Assembly (NCBI GenBank): GCA_963980225.1
Contig: CAXBYW010000004.1
Location: 13,007-77,006, forward strand
Source of the DNA: an uncultured bacterium
Lineage (GTDB): Bacteria; Patescibacteriota; Microgenomatia; UBA1400; MFAQ01
Length of the DNA: 64,000 nucleotides
Direction: 5' to 3'
Shown here in pieces: positions 46,175-56,334 of this stretch. Made by a program: the position numbers and the translations under genes. Positions within the stretch are counted from its first letter, which is position 1, and every line of letters begins with the position of its first letter. Under the pieces are notes generated by a model, which saw nothing but the letters and a program-made list of their open reading frames with translations, was not told the DNA's origin and made no database searches.

Positions 46175-48512
46175 TATGATAGTATGAGTTTGGTTTCGTT
46201 GGATTTAATTGGAACAAGTCGTAATTTATGGTGGTAGACGGCCAGGTGATTTTTCCTTCTTCATCTTGAGGATATGCACAGTCAATACAAAATTCTTTGA
46301 CGAATGGGTCTGAAAGGATGGTATGTTCTTCTAGATCTCTATCTACGGTATCGTCACCCTCTAAAATTGGATACTTATCTTCTCTTCTGACCCAGATTTG
46401 TTTTTTGGTTAAAACTTGTCCTGGAGGTAAGAAGTTTTCTATGAATAGCTCTGAGCGAGACTCACATTGGTTTGCTTGTTGAGCCAAAAGCCCGGTAAGA
46501 TTACAGACTTGGTATCCTTTTACACCATCTGGTTTGGTGGGAGGATGATCTTTTTGATCTTTTAATAAATTACGCATGATTTTGTTCCATATGGTGGAGG
46601 CGCCAGTGGTGCCAGAAACGACATAGCTCATGGGAGTATTGTCGTTATTGCCTACCCAGGTGGCAACAAGAAAGTCTGGGGTATAACCTATGGTCCAGTT
46701 ATCTCTTAGATCATTTGTGGTTCCGGTTTTAACAGAAACAGTTTTACCAGGGATAACTAGTTGGCTAGATGACCCAAAAGCAGCGGAGCGAGCTCCGTTG
46801 TCTGAGAGAATGTTGGAAATAATAAAAGCAACTTCTTCTGGAAGAGTAGTGTGGGGGCAATTCTCTTGCGAACACTGACTGGTTTTTTCTTCTGTTGAGG
46901 TTTGGTGAAAGTTTTCCCAGTTTAATGGTAGTGTAGAGGAGATCTCTTTAGTTTTGCTTAAGTCAGATTCTTCTAACACTTGGCCGGTATGATCCTCTAT
47001 TTTTAGAATTGGATTTAGAGGTACGGTAACACCAGAGTTGGCAAAAGTGCCAAAAGCGGTAGCCATTTCCATCATAGTAACTTCACCACCACCCAAAGTG
47101 AGTGAGAGACCGTAATGACTAGGATCTTGCCATCCTTTAATTCCCATGGCACTGGCGGTGGCGATCATGGATTCTACTCCGTTGAGAGACAACATCTTAA
47201 CTGCTGGAATATTGTAGGAGTTGGCCAAGGCATGTCTTAACTGAACTGGGCCATGAAAGGAGTTATCGTAGTTTTTTGGGCAGTATAGTTTTTGCCCGGA
47301 AGCAGAATAGCAAGTAGGGAGGTCTAAAAACATTGTGGATGCGGTCCATCCTTTAAGTAGACCGACGGCGTAGTTGACGGGCTTAATGGATGATCCAGGT
47401 TGTCTTTGGGCAGTAGTTAGGTTTACCTGACCATCTTGCTCCTTATTAAAGTAGTCTGCAGATCCAACCAAAGCAAGAATTTCACCAGTTGATGGTGAAG
47501 TAACAAGAGCTGCACCATTACCCACTCTTAGTCTTTTAAGTTTTGTGATTTCTGCTGAAAGAGAACTTTGGGCATATTCTTGTAGGTCAAGATCCAAAGT
47601 GGTGGTGACTCTTAGTCCACCAAGATTTACCCTATCCTCTCCATATTTTTCTACCACCAACTCTTTAACTAGGAAGACAAAATGAGGGGCCTTAATGGTG
47701 GTGGCAGGAGAAGAAAACTCCAATTCCTTGTTTTTGGCCTCTTCAGCTTGTTCTGCGGTGATGAAGTTATCTTCCACCATTCTTTTTAAGACTTGGGCTT
47801 GTCTTTTGACACTTAGTTCTGGGTGAGCTCCAAAAGGTGATAGTTTTGTGGGTGATTGAGGTAGTCCAGCCAAAAGACTTGCTTCAGCTAAGGTGAGGTC
47901 TTGGGCGTTTTTGTCAAAGTATGTGAGAGCGGCAGATTGAATACCATAAGTGGTCCCTCCATATGGAGCATGGTTTAAATAGAGTTCCAAAATTTCCTCT
48001 TTGGTGTAAATAAGTTCTGTGACAATAGCTAATGAAGCTTCTTTAATTTTTCTGGTTATGGTTCGTCTTGGGTCCTGTAAAAGACCGATTTTGACAAGTT
48101 GTTGGGTGATGGTGGAGCCGCCTTCTAAGCGTTGACCAGTAATAGTTTTTACAAAAGCCCTGGCGATACCAAACAAGTCTAGCCCGTGATGTGTGTAGAA
48201 GTTTTTATCTTCTATGGAGATGGTGGAGTTCTTGACATGGTCTGGGAGACTTTCTAATTTTATGGGAGTGCGATTTTGGTCTGTATATATTTCATAAAGA
48301 AGTTTCCCATTTCTATCTAAAATTTGCGTACTAACAGGAGCAGGGGACTTAGTTAATTTTTGAGGATTAGGAACATCTTTGAATAGTAAGATGATGCTTA
48401 TCATTACTAGTAATCCAATAATCAATAGAGTGAGTTTTTTCCGGGGATACTTCTTGAGGGTTTTTTTGTAGTTTTTGAGAATTTGCTTGAACTTCTTTTT
48501 CCTGGGAGACAT
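46167..48512 (-). CDS. class A penicillin-binding protein, second tandem copy with long C-terminal extension
   Basis: EGGSTITQQLVK, RQPGSSIKP, KTGTTND, plus about 150 extra C-terminal residues. Confidence 0.85.
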   Translation of the reverse strand: MSPRKKKFKQILKNYKKTLKKYPRKKLTLLIIGLLVMISIILLFKDVPNPQKLTKSPAPVSTQILDRNGKLLYEIYTDQNRTPIKLESLPDHVKNSTISIEDKNFYTHHGLDLFGIARAFVKTITGQRLEGGSTITQQLVKIGLLQDPRRTITRKIKEASLAIVTELIYTKEEILELYLNHAPYGGTTYGIQSAALTYFDKNAQDLTLAEASLLAGLPQSPTKLSPFGAHPELSVKRQAQVLKRMVEDNFITAEQAEEAKNKELEFSSPATTIKAPHFVFLVKELVVEKYGEDRVNLGGLRVTTTLDLDLQEYAQSSLSAEITKLKRLRVGNGAALVTSPSTGEILALVGSADYFNKEQDGQVNLTTAQRQPGSSIKPVNYAVGLLKGWTASTMFLDLPTCYSASGQKLYCPKNYDNSFHGPVQLRHALANSYNIPAVKMLSLNGVESMIATASAMGIKGWQDPSHYGLSLTLGGGEVTMMEMATAFGTFANSGVTVPLNPILKIEDHTGQVLEESDLSKTKEISSTLPLNWENFHQTSTEEKTSQCSQENCPHTTLPEEVAFIISNILSDNGARSAAFGSSSQLVIPGKTVSVKTGTTNDLRDNWTIGYTPDFLVATWVGNNDNTPMSYVVSGTTGASTIWNKIMRNLLKDQKDHPPTKPDGVKGYQVCNLTGLLAQQANQCESRSELFIENFLPPGQVLTKKQIWVRREDKYPILEGDDTVDRDLEEHTILSDPFVKEFCIDCAYPQDEEGKITWPSTTINYDLFQLNPTKPNSYYHND

Positions 48513-48540
48513 AGGAGGTATTATAGTAGAATTGGAGGTA

Positions 48541-49140
48541 ATGGGGAAAAAGTTGTTTGGTTATTATGTTTATTTGTTACTGGCCTGGGGATGTTTTCGA
48601 TATTGGGTGAGACTACCAGAGGTGATAGAAGAGCTATGGTTTAAGCCAGTTATCTGGTTGGTGCCATTATTTTGGTGGCGTATAAGCCTTAAGGGAAAAC
48701 CAAAACTGTTTAACAATAAGTGGTTTTTGAGTGGGTTTATGGGAATGGCGGTTGGTCTTTTTTACTTTAGTTTAATAAGACTTTTAACACCTGCTTCGTG
48801 GGAAGGTCTTGGTGGGGCAAATTGGAGTTTGAATTTAATTGGAATAGCATTAACAACAGCGGTAGTGGAAGAGATAACTTTTTCTGGGATGGTCTTGGGT
48901 ATTTTAGATTGGATACGAGGTAAAAAACTATTTAACTTAGTGGTGCTGGGTTTCATGGTTGTGGGAGTGCATTTGCCGATAAATATTTTTGTGTTTGGGC
49001 TACAAGGCAAGGAGCTCGTGGGTGTTTTGGTATGGCTTTTTTCTGTGGCAGTAATTAATGGATGGTTGAGGCGAAAGACAGAAAATGTTACGGGGTCTAT
49101 AATTGCTCGTTTTATTTTAATGTTGGCGGTTTTGGGATAA
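48541..49140 (+). CDS. CPBP-family (CAAX protease / Abi) intramembrane metalloprotease
   Basis: Multi-TM protein with VVEEITFSG (EExxxR/F-type motif 1). Start taken at the internal Met (MGKKLFGYY). Confidence 0.5.
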   Translation: MGKKLFGYYVYLLLAWGCFRYWVRLPEVIEELWFKPVIWLVPLFWWRISLKGKPKLFNNKWFLSGFMGMAVGLFYFSLIRLLTPASWEGLGGANWSLNLIGIALTTAVVEEITFSGMVLGILDWIRGKKLFNLVVLGFMVVGVHLPINIFVFGLQGKELVGVLVWLFSVAVINGWLRRKTENVTGSIIARFILMLAVLG

Positions 49141-49186
49141 AATTTGTGCCTGAGATTTGCTTAAATTGGGTTTTCAGTGTAGGATG

Positions 49187-50428
49187 TCAAGAGATATGGC
49201 AAAAGAAATAAGTTTAAGTGATTTAAATAAGGTTGATAAACAGATCGCAAAGAATTTTGAAGACCAAACAGTGTTTTTAGAATCCTTGGTCAAACAAAAG
49301 AGTGTCAATCCAAGCAGACAAGGGTTTGATAATGTTTCTGAGGAAGGTATGGCTAAGATAATAAGGTCAAAGCTTAGAGATATGGGTGTTGTGTCGAGAT
49401 ATTTACGCAACAAAAAAAAGAGACCAAACTTAGTTGTTTCTTGGGGACCAACGAGGTCAAGGAAGTCCTTGGCTTTAGTGGGACATATGGATACAGATGA
49501 GCCAATTAATGAAAATAAGAGTGAGTGGTTTTCGGGAGAAGTAAAGGATGGAAAGATGTATGGAACAGGAGTTTTAGACATGAAAGCATCTTTATCTGCC
49601 TATGTTTTTGCCTTGAAAGCCTTGAAGGATTTGGGGTTTGAATTAGATGGTAAATTAAAATTGGCCTTTACTGTGGATGGAAAGAGTGAGTATTTTTCTA
49701 AATTAGGATTACATTACTTAATAAATAAAGGCTTCAAAGCAAAGGTGGCTTTGCTTTCAAAACCTGGAACAAATAAAATAGCGGTTGGTCATAGGGGTGG
49801 ATACAGATTTAAGATTTCTGTAAAAGGTGAGGAAGTGGACACCGGTAGAAAGTCTTGGGAAACAGGGAAAAAAGGAAAAAACGCAATTCAAGATGTCGGA
49901 AAAATTATCTCTTGCCTTGGGGGATTTGATTTACCATTTAAGCAAGCAAGAGCATTTCCTGGTAGGGTGCCTGTATTCACTTTTCCCACTAAAATAACGG
50001 GTGGCAGAGCGGTTAATGTGGTGCCTGGCAAGTGTGAGGCTTGGGGAGACGTGAAGCTTTTACCAGGTAATACAGATAGCCAAGTTAGATGGTGGTTGGA
50101 AGGAAGATTGAGTAAGCTTTCGGGTGTGAACTGGAGTTTGGAAGACATACTTTATGTTCCGGCTATGGAGGTAGACAAAACTGACAGGTGGGTTAAGTTG
50201 TTGCATGAACAAGCTGAGAAGGTTTTGGGTAAGTCGCCAAAATTGGAAGGGTGTGGTCCTTGGAATGATGCCTGGATGTTGACCCAGACAGATACTCCTT
50301 GTTTGGCTGGTTTTGGACCTGATGGTCAAATTGATGAAGGTCAGGGAGAGTGGGTAGACCTTGCTAGTTTGAAACAAGTGACGCAAATAATTACTCGATG
50401 GATATTGGTGTATTTGGGAAAAAAATAG
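49187..50428 (+). CDS. M20-family metallopeptidase (ArgE/DapE-like)
   Basis: LVGHMDTD metal-binding motif, GTGVLDMKASL, dimerisation-domain spacing. Confidence 0.7.
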   Translation, partial: SRDMAKEISLSDLNKVDKQIAKNFEDQTVFLESLVKQKSVNPSRQGFDNVSEEGMAKIIRSKLRDMGVVSRYLRNKKKRPNLVVSWGPTRSRKSLALVGHMDTDEPINENKSEWFSGEVKDGKMYGTGVLDMKASLSAYVFALKALKDLGFELDGKLKLAFTVDGKSEYFSKLGLHYLINKGFKAKVALLSKPGTNKIAVGHRGGYRFKISVKGEEVDTGRKSWETGKKGKNAIQDVGKIISCLGGFDLPFKQARAFPGRVPVFTFPTKITGGRAVNVVPGKCEAWGDVKLLPGNTDSQVRWWLEGRLSKLSGVNWSLEDILYVPAMEVDKTDRWVKLLHEQAEKVLGKSPKLEGCGPWNDAWMLTQTDTPCLAGFGPDGQIDEGQGEWVDLASLKQVTQIITRWILVYLGKK

Positions 50429-50547
50429 ATTTTTGATATTAGAAGAAGATTCTGCGGTGATTAGCCTTGGTGATATATTTTGATTAGTTAAGAGAGAGTT
50501 GTAATACTAGGAGTAGTGTTTTAAGGTATCTGTTACCACTAAATATA

Positions 50548-51000
50548 GTGATTATGAATTGTCCTTATTGTAACCACAACGATACACAAGTTTTAGAAAG
50601 CAGATTACTGTTTGAAGGGCTTGGTGTACGTCGAAGGAGAGAGTGTAAAAAATGTACAAAAAGGTTCACGACCCATGAACTAGTGGTCAATTTAGAACTA
50701 AAGGTAGTTAAGAAAAATGGTAGTGTGGAAGATTACAAACGAGAAAAGTTGGCGAAAGGAGTAAGGAAGGCGTGTTGGAAGAGAGAAGTGTTGGAGGAGA
50801 AAATGGAGGAGTTGTTGGATGATATTGAACTAAAGCTTTTAAATAGAAGGACAATCCAGATTAAGTCTACAGATATTGGCAAGATGGTATTGGCAAGATT
50901 AAAAAAATTAGATGATGTAGCCTATTTAAGATTTGCTAGTGTGTATATGGATTTTGAAAAGGCTAGTGATTTTAGTAAGGTTTTAGATAACTTGAAATGA
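50548..51000 (+). CDS. nrdR: transcriptional repressor NrdR
   Basis: N-terminal zinc ribbon CPYC..(x)..CKKC followed by an ATP-cone. Directly upstream of the RNR gene. Confidence 0.85.
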   Translation: MIMNCPYCNHNDTQVLESRLLFEGLGVRRRRECKKCTKRFTTHELVVNLELKVVKKNGSVEDYKREKLAKGVRKACWKREVLEEKMEELLDDIELKLLNRRTIQIKSTDIGKMVLARLKKLDDVAYLRFASVYMDFEKASDFSKVLDNLK

Positions 51001-53435
51001 GTAATACGATATATAGACAATCTAACCAAAATGATAGTTTCGAAGAAAGAATGAATAAGGTGAGTAAGGTGGCAGGTAAGAGACCTGAGCTGCCCGGTGA
51101 TTTGCCTACAGGGTCGTGGTCAGAACAAGCATTAAGGGTGTTAAATGAAAGATATTTAAATAAAGATGACTCTGGTAAGGTGATTGAAACAGCAGATGAG
51201 ATGGTGTGGAGAGTTGCTTTTGCTGTTGCTGGAGCAGAGTCGTTGTGGGATGAAGACAGACAGAGTGTTTTTGAGCAAGCAAAAAGATTTTATCGATTAA
51301 TGGCAGGAGGTAAGTTTTTACCAAACTCTCCTACTTTAATGAATGCCGGCAAAGGTAATGGTCTGCAATACTCAGCTTGTTTCGTGCTGCCAGTTGAAGA
51401 CTCTTTAGAGGGCATTTTTGATGCTATTAAGTATCAAGCTATTATTCATCAATCTGGTGGAGGAACAGGTTTTTCTTTTACGAAATTAAGACCAAAAGGT
51501 TCGATAGTGAAAAGAAGTAAGGGGGTTGCTTCAGGGCCTGTTAGTTTTATGAGGGTGTTTAATGAAGCAACTCAACAGATAAAACAAGGAGGGACAAGAA
51601 GAGGGGCAAACATGGGGATCTTGCAAGTGGATCATCCTGACGTTAGAGAATTTATTACCTGCAAGATTGATGGAGGGATTACCAACTTTAATATTTCCGT
51701 GGCAGTAACTGATGAGTTTATGAGGGCAGTTAAAGAAGGCGGAGATTATGACTTGAAGTCTCCACATAATGGAGAAGTAGTGGGATCGGAAAATGCAAAA
51801 GAGATTTTTGATTTAATTGCTGAGACTGCTTGGGAGACTGGTGATCCAGGAATCATCTTTATAGATAAAGTTAACAATAGTACGGCAAATCCAGTACCTA
51901 GTAAGGGTCCAATACAAAGCACTAACCCTTGTGGGGAACAACCTCTCTATCCTTTTGATGCTTGCAATTTAGGTAGTATATTTTTAGACAAGTTTGTTAA
52001 GAGAGAAAAAGGACAGAAGCCAGAAGTGAATTGGGAGGAATTGAAAATGGCAGCTAGGGAGGCGGTTAGATTTTTAGATGACGTAATTGAGATAAATCCA
52101 TATCCCCTGGAACAAATTAATGATATGGTGCGTTCAGTAAGGCGGATTGGTTTGGGGATTGGTGGTTGGGGAGACATGCTTTACTTATTGGAAATCCCTT
52201 ATGATTCTGAGGAGTCACTTGATTTGGCCAGAAAAATAATGAGAACAATTAAAGTAGAAGGACACAAAGCTAGTAGAGAGCTAGCAAAAAAAAGAGGTTC
52301 GTTTAAGTTGTGGGATGAAAGTATCTTTTCTAAAGGAGAACCAATGAGGAATGCTACGGTAACAACAATTGCTCCGACAGGGAGTATCGGTATTTTAGCT
52401 TCTACAAGTGGAGGTTGTGAGCCAGTATTTGCTTTGTCTTACAAACACATGGTGAAAGATGAAAGTTTGGACAGAGAACTCTTTTTTACTGATCCTGCTT
52501 TTGAAAAGGTGGCGCGTGATGAAGGATTTTGGAGTGAGTCTTTGGCTAAAAAAGTGGCGGAAACCGGTAGTGTAGAAGGTTTGTCGGAGATACCAGAAAA
52601 ATGGCAAAGAATTTTGACTACTTCCCATCAAATTACGCCAGAGTGGCATGTAAAGATGCAGGCAGCCTGGCAAGAAGATACAGATAATGCTGTTAGTAAG
52701 ACAGTTAATTTGCCTAATGACGCTAGTGTAAAGGATGTGGCTGATGTTTATATGCAAAGTTTTGAGCTTGGTTGCATGGGGGTCACTGTTTATAGAGATG
52801 GGAGTAAGGATTGGCAAGTGTTGAATGTTGGTAAAGAAGGAAAACATGAACCTAAGGTAGAGTTAGGGGTGTTGGGTGAAGGTGAGGTGGCAGAGCTACA
52901 GTTGCGACCTGAAAAATTAACAGGAAGCACTTATAAAATTAAGACTCCGATAGGGACAGCTTTTGTAGTAATTAACTCTGATGAATTAGGAAACCCATTT
53001 GAGGTCTTTATTAATGTCGGCAAAGCCGGAACTCATGTTATGGCTGACGCAGAAGCCATTGGTAGATTACTGTCTACAGCCTTGAGGATACCCTCTGTTT
53101 TGTCAGCTAGAGCAGTAGCAGAAGCAGCGATTGAACAGTTAGCAGGTATTGGTGGTTCGGAAAGTGTTGGTTTTGGGAATGGTAAAGTAAGAAGCTTGGC
53201 TGATGGGGTCGCTAAGGTTTTGAAGCGTCATTTGGGTGAGAAGGAAGAAAAACTACTTAATGGTCATTCAGAAATAAAAGATTTAGAGTTATTGGACGGG
53301 GCAGGGTCAGCGAAGCAAGAGCAGTTGATATTAATGGCAAAGAAAGCAGACTTGTGTTCTGATTGTGGACAGGCTAGTTTGGTGTTGGAGGAGGGTTGTG
53401 CTAAGTGTTATTCTTGTGGTGCAAGTAAGTGCTAA
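50997..53435 (+). CDS. nrdJ: adenosylcobalamin-dependent (class II) ribonucleotide reductase
   Basis: 812 aa. Active-site NPCGEQPL. C-terminal Cys-rich tail CSDCGQ..CAKCYSCGASKC. Confidence 0.85.
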   Translation: MSNTIYRQSNQNDSFEERMNKVSKVAGKRPELPGDLPTGSWSEQALRVLNERYLNKDDSGKVIETADEMVWRVAFAVAGAESLWDEDRQSVFEQAKRFYRLMAGGKFLPNSPTLMNAGKGNGLQYSACFVLPVEDSLEGIFDAIKYQAIIHQSGGGTGFSFTKLRPKGSIVKRSKGVASGPVSFMRVFNEATQQIKQGGTRRGANMGILQVDHPDVREFITCKIDGGITNFNISVAVTDEFMRAVKEGGDYDLKSPHNGEVVGSENAKEIFDLIAETAWETGDPGIIFIDKVNNSTANPVPSKGPIQSTNPCGEQPLYPFDACNLGSIFLDKFVKREKGQKPEVNWEELKMAAREAVRFLDDVIEINPYPLEQINDMVRSVRRIGLGIGGWGDMLYLLEIPYDSEESLDLARKIMRTIKVEGHKASRELAKKRGSFKLWDESIFSKGEPMRNATVTTIAPTGSIGILASTSGGCEPVFALSYKHMVKDESLDRELFFTDPAFEKVARDEGFWSESLAKKVAETGSVEGLSEIPEKWQRILTTSHQITPEWHVKMQAAWQEDTDNAVSKTVNLPNDASVKDVADVYMQSFELGCMGVTVYRDGSKDWQVLNVGKEGKHEPKVELGVLGEGEVAELQLRPEKLTGSTYKIKTPIGTAFVVINSDELGNPFEVFINVGKAGTHVMADAEAIGRLLSTALRIPSVLSARAVAEAAIEQLAGIGGSESVGFGNGKVRSLADGVAKVLKRHLGEKEEKLLNGHSEIKDLELLDGAGSAKQEQLILMAKKADLCSDCGQASLVLEEGCAKCYSCGASKC

Positions 53436-53551
53436 ATATTGGCAATTAAGGGTTTGTAGTGATAGTTTGGGGGTTAGCGGTGTTTTTTGTTGATATATGG
53501 TGTAAATGTTGTGTTTTGTTTGGTAGAAATTTGGTCATTTTTTTATGAGTA

Positions 53552-53941
53552 ATGAGGCAGTGGTGGAAGACGTGTTATAGTTTATCTATGGCTACAATTA
53601 AGGAAGTTGAACCAAGATCAATATCGGTGGATGAAGAGGCACTAAAAGAAGTAGAAGGATATGTGGAAAGAGTAGAGAAGCAAATGGAGATTAAGAAGCC
53701 GTCTAATCCATTACAACCTTCTTCAGTAAAAACTCCTGCACCTAAAGTTCAAGATGATTTTGGTAATGTGGTAATGCAGGCAGCTCAGAAACAAGTTAAG
53801 GCAAAAATTATATTACCAATGGATGAAATAGAGGTAAAAGAAGGTTTGCATCATAAGATAATAGATGCTGCTAGATGGTTGGCAGAATGGTGTGTGTTAA
53901 TGATTAAAAAATATCCAGGTAGAGTGTTTTATAAACGATGA
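53552..53941 (+). CDS. hypothetical protein
   Basis: 129-aa ORF (likely starts at the internal MATIKEV) immediately upstream of, and overlapping, the T4SS-like ATPase gene. Confidence 0.35.
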   Translation: MRQWWKTCYSLSMATIKEVEPRSISVDEEALKEVEGYVERVEKQMEIKKPSNPLQPSSVKTPAPKVQDDFGNVVMQAAQKQVKAKIILPMDEIEVKEGLHHKIIDAARWLAEWCVLMIKKYPGRVFYKR

Positions 53942-56259
53942 TTGATCTAGCTAACATGGTGCAGTATGTTTTTGGAGTGGTTTTGGGGTTGTCATTGTTT
54001 TTGACGGTATTTATTGGCTTAGGGATAATATTGTTGCAGTGGCTTAGGTTCAAGAACAGAGAAGAGGTTAGTCTTAATTTTGTTTTACTAGAGTTGGCTG
54101 TACCAAGAGATAATGAGATTAAGATAGATGCGGCAGAACAGATGTTTGCGGCTCTTTCTTCTATTAAGAAGGGTGGCTTTTGGCAAAAATTTAAAGCTCA
54201 ACAGCATTTGTCTTTTGAGATAGTGGGCAAGAAAGAAGATATAAGATTCTATGTTTCATGTCATAGGGATAACATGGAACTTATTGATAAGCAGTTGGCT
54301 GGCGCTTATCCTGGTATTCAAGTGAAGGAAGTAGATGAGTACAATATTTTTGATGAACAAGGTAAGGTCGCTTTTACGGAGTTGGTTTTAAAAAATGAGT
54401 CTTTTAAGCCAATAAAGAGTTATAGAGAACTACCAGTTGACTCCTTATCTCAAATTACTTCTTCTTTAGCTAAGTTTGGAGATGATGAGGGGGCAGTGAT
54501 ACAGATGATTATTAGTCCAGCTGATCCTGCTTGGAGCAAGTCAGGAAGTGGTTTCTTGTCTAAAACAAAAAAAGATGAGGCTGATCCTGAGAAGGCAAGC
54601 TTCAAGATGAGTCCACAAGACATGGAAGCTATTGATCAAAAAGTTGGTAAGCCAGGTTTTTTGGCTAGTGTGAGGATTGTGTGTGTGGCGCCAAGTGAAG
54701 GTCAAGCAAAAAGTAACTTAAGTAACTTAAAAGGTGTTTTTGCTCAGTATTCAAGTGATTTGAATAATTTTTCTAGCAAGAAAATTAGATTTAAAAAAGG
54801 TTTCATGGTGGATTTTGTTTATAGATACCAATCGTTATTTGGTAATAATTCTGTTTTATCTAGTGATGAGTTGGCAACGATGTGGCATATGCCAAACAAT
54901 ACGATACAGACACCACATATTCACTGGTTAAATGCTAAGAGTGCACCAGCATCTGGTGGTTTCCCGTCCACTGGTCTCTGGTTGGGTAGATCAATTTACC
55001 GAGGTCAGACAAGAAATATATTTATGAGTGAGGCGGATAGGATGAGGCACATGTACATTATTGGACGAACCGGTACAGGAAAAACAGAGCTTTTAAAGCA
55101 GATGATTATTCAGGACATGAGGGCTGGTAATGGTTTGTGTTTTCTAGAACCACATGGTGATGGAATAGAAGAACTTTTGGAGATGGTGCCACCAGAACGA
55201 GCAGAGGATGTAATTGTGTTTGACCCAGCTGATGAAGAGAGACCAATCGGATTTAATCCGATGTCGGTTAAGAATATCGATGAGATTTATCAAGTGGCGA
55301 GTTCGATAATTAATCTGATGTACAAGCTTTATGATCCTAATAAGACGGGGATGGTTGGTCCTAGGTTTGAACATTCAGTCAGAAACATAATGTTAACGGT
55401 GGCGGTAGAAAAGGGTGCTGGTTTTGTAGAAATTGTGAGAGCTTTAACAGATAGTAAGTATGTTCAAGAGCTTCTACCAAAAGTAAAAGATCCGGTGGTA
55501 AAAAGGTACTGGACGGATCAAATCGCTCAGACAAGTGATTTTCATAAGAGTGAGGTCTTAGACTACATTACTTCTAAGTTTGGTAGGTTTGTTACAAATA
55601 GAATGATAAGAAATATTATTGGCCAAAGTGAGACGACATTGGACTTTAGAAAGGCCATGGACGAGGGGAAGATTGTGTTTTTGAAATTAGCTAAGGGTTT
55701 GATCGGTGAAGAAGACTCTAACTTTTTAGGATTAGTTTTGGCGCCGAAAATTTTACAAGCAGCTTTGTCTAGGCAAGACACGCCTAGGGAGCAAAGGAGA
55801 CCGTTTTACTTTTATGTTGATGAGTTTCAAAACTTTGCTACACCAGACTTCGCTCAAATGCTATCTGAAGCCAGAAAATATAACTTGGGGCTTATACTAG
55901 CTAATCAGTTTGTTAGTCAGGTGGATGAGCAAGTGCGAGATGCTATTTTTGGTAACGTGGGTACCTTGATGAGCTATCGGGTTGGAGTACAAGATGCAAG
56001 TATTCTAGCTAAGTCTTTTGCCCCAACGTTTAACGAAGGGGATTTGTCGAACATTGGAGCTCAAAATCTTTATGTAAAAACCATTGTTGATGGTACACCG
56101 GTGCCACCTTTTAGTATGAATGTGTGGAGAGACCTAGAAAAAGAGAGAGGACATGGTAGTGCAAAGGTGGCAACATTAGTTAAAGAACTGTCTTCTTTAA
56201 AGTATGGTAGGGATAGGGCAGAAGTTGAGGAGGAGATTTTGAGAAGATCTAAGCTGTAA
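53938..56259 (+). CDS. VirB4/VirD4-like type IV secretion system ATPase (FtsK/HerA-TraG superfamily P-loop NTPase)
   Basis: 773 aa. N-terminal TM hairpin, Walker A IIGRTGTGKTE near residue 375, Walker B FYFYVDEFQNF (DEF as in TraG/VirD4-type coupling proteins). The roughly 300-aa N-terminal domain is VirB4-like. Confidence 0.6.
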   Translation: MIDLANMVQYVFGVVLGLSLFLTVFIGLGIILLQWLRFKNREEVSLNFVLLELAVPRDNEIKIDAAEQMFAALSSIKKGGFWQKFKAQQHLSFEIVGKKEDIRFYVSCHRDNMELIDKQLAGAYPGIQVKEVDEYNIFDEQGKVAFTELVLKNESFKPIKSYRELPVDSLSQITSSLAKFGDDEGAVIQMIISPADPAWSKSGSGFLSKTKKDEADPEKASFKMSPQDMEAIDQKVGKPGFLASVRIVCVAPSEGQAKSNLSNLKGVFAQYSSDLNNFSSKKIRFKKGFMVDFVYRYQSLFGNNSVLSSDELATMWHMPNNTIQTPHIHWLNAKSAPASGGFPSTGLWLGRSIYRGQTRNIFMSEADRMRHMYIIGRTGTGKTELLKQMIIQDMRAGNGLCFLEPHGDGIEELLEMVPPERAEDVIVFDPADEERPIGFNPMSVKNIDEIYQVASSIINLMYKLYDPNKTGMVGPRFEHSVRNIMLTVAVEKGAGFVEIVRALTDSKYVQELLPKVKDPVVKRYWTDQIAQTSDFHKSEVLDYITSKFGRFVTNRMIRNIIGQSETTLDFRKAMDEGKIVFLKLAKGLIGEEDSNFLGLVLAPKILQAALSRQDTPREQRRPFYFYVDEFQNFATPDFAQMLSEARKYNLGLILANQFVSQVDEQVRDAIFGNVGTLMSYRVGVQDASILAKSFAPTFNEGDLSNIGAQNLYVKTIVDGTPVPPFSMNVWRDLEKERGHGSAKVATLVKELSSLKYGRDRAEVEEEILRRSKL

Positions 56260-56334
56260 AATTACCTGTAATTGACAAACCTATAGTAGTGCGGTATAAT
56301 AGGGTTAGTTCATTTACAATCCATTTTATTCCCT

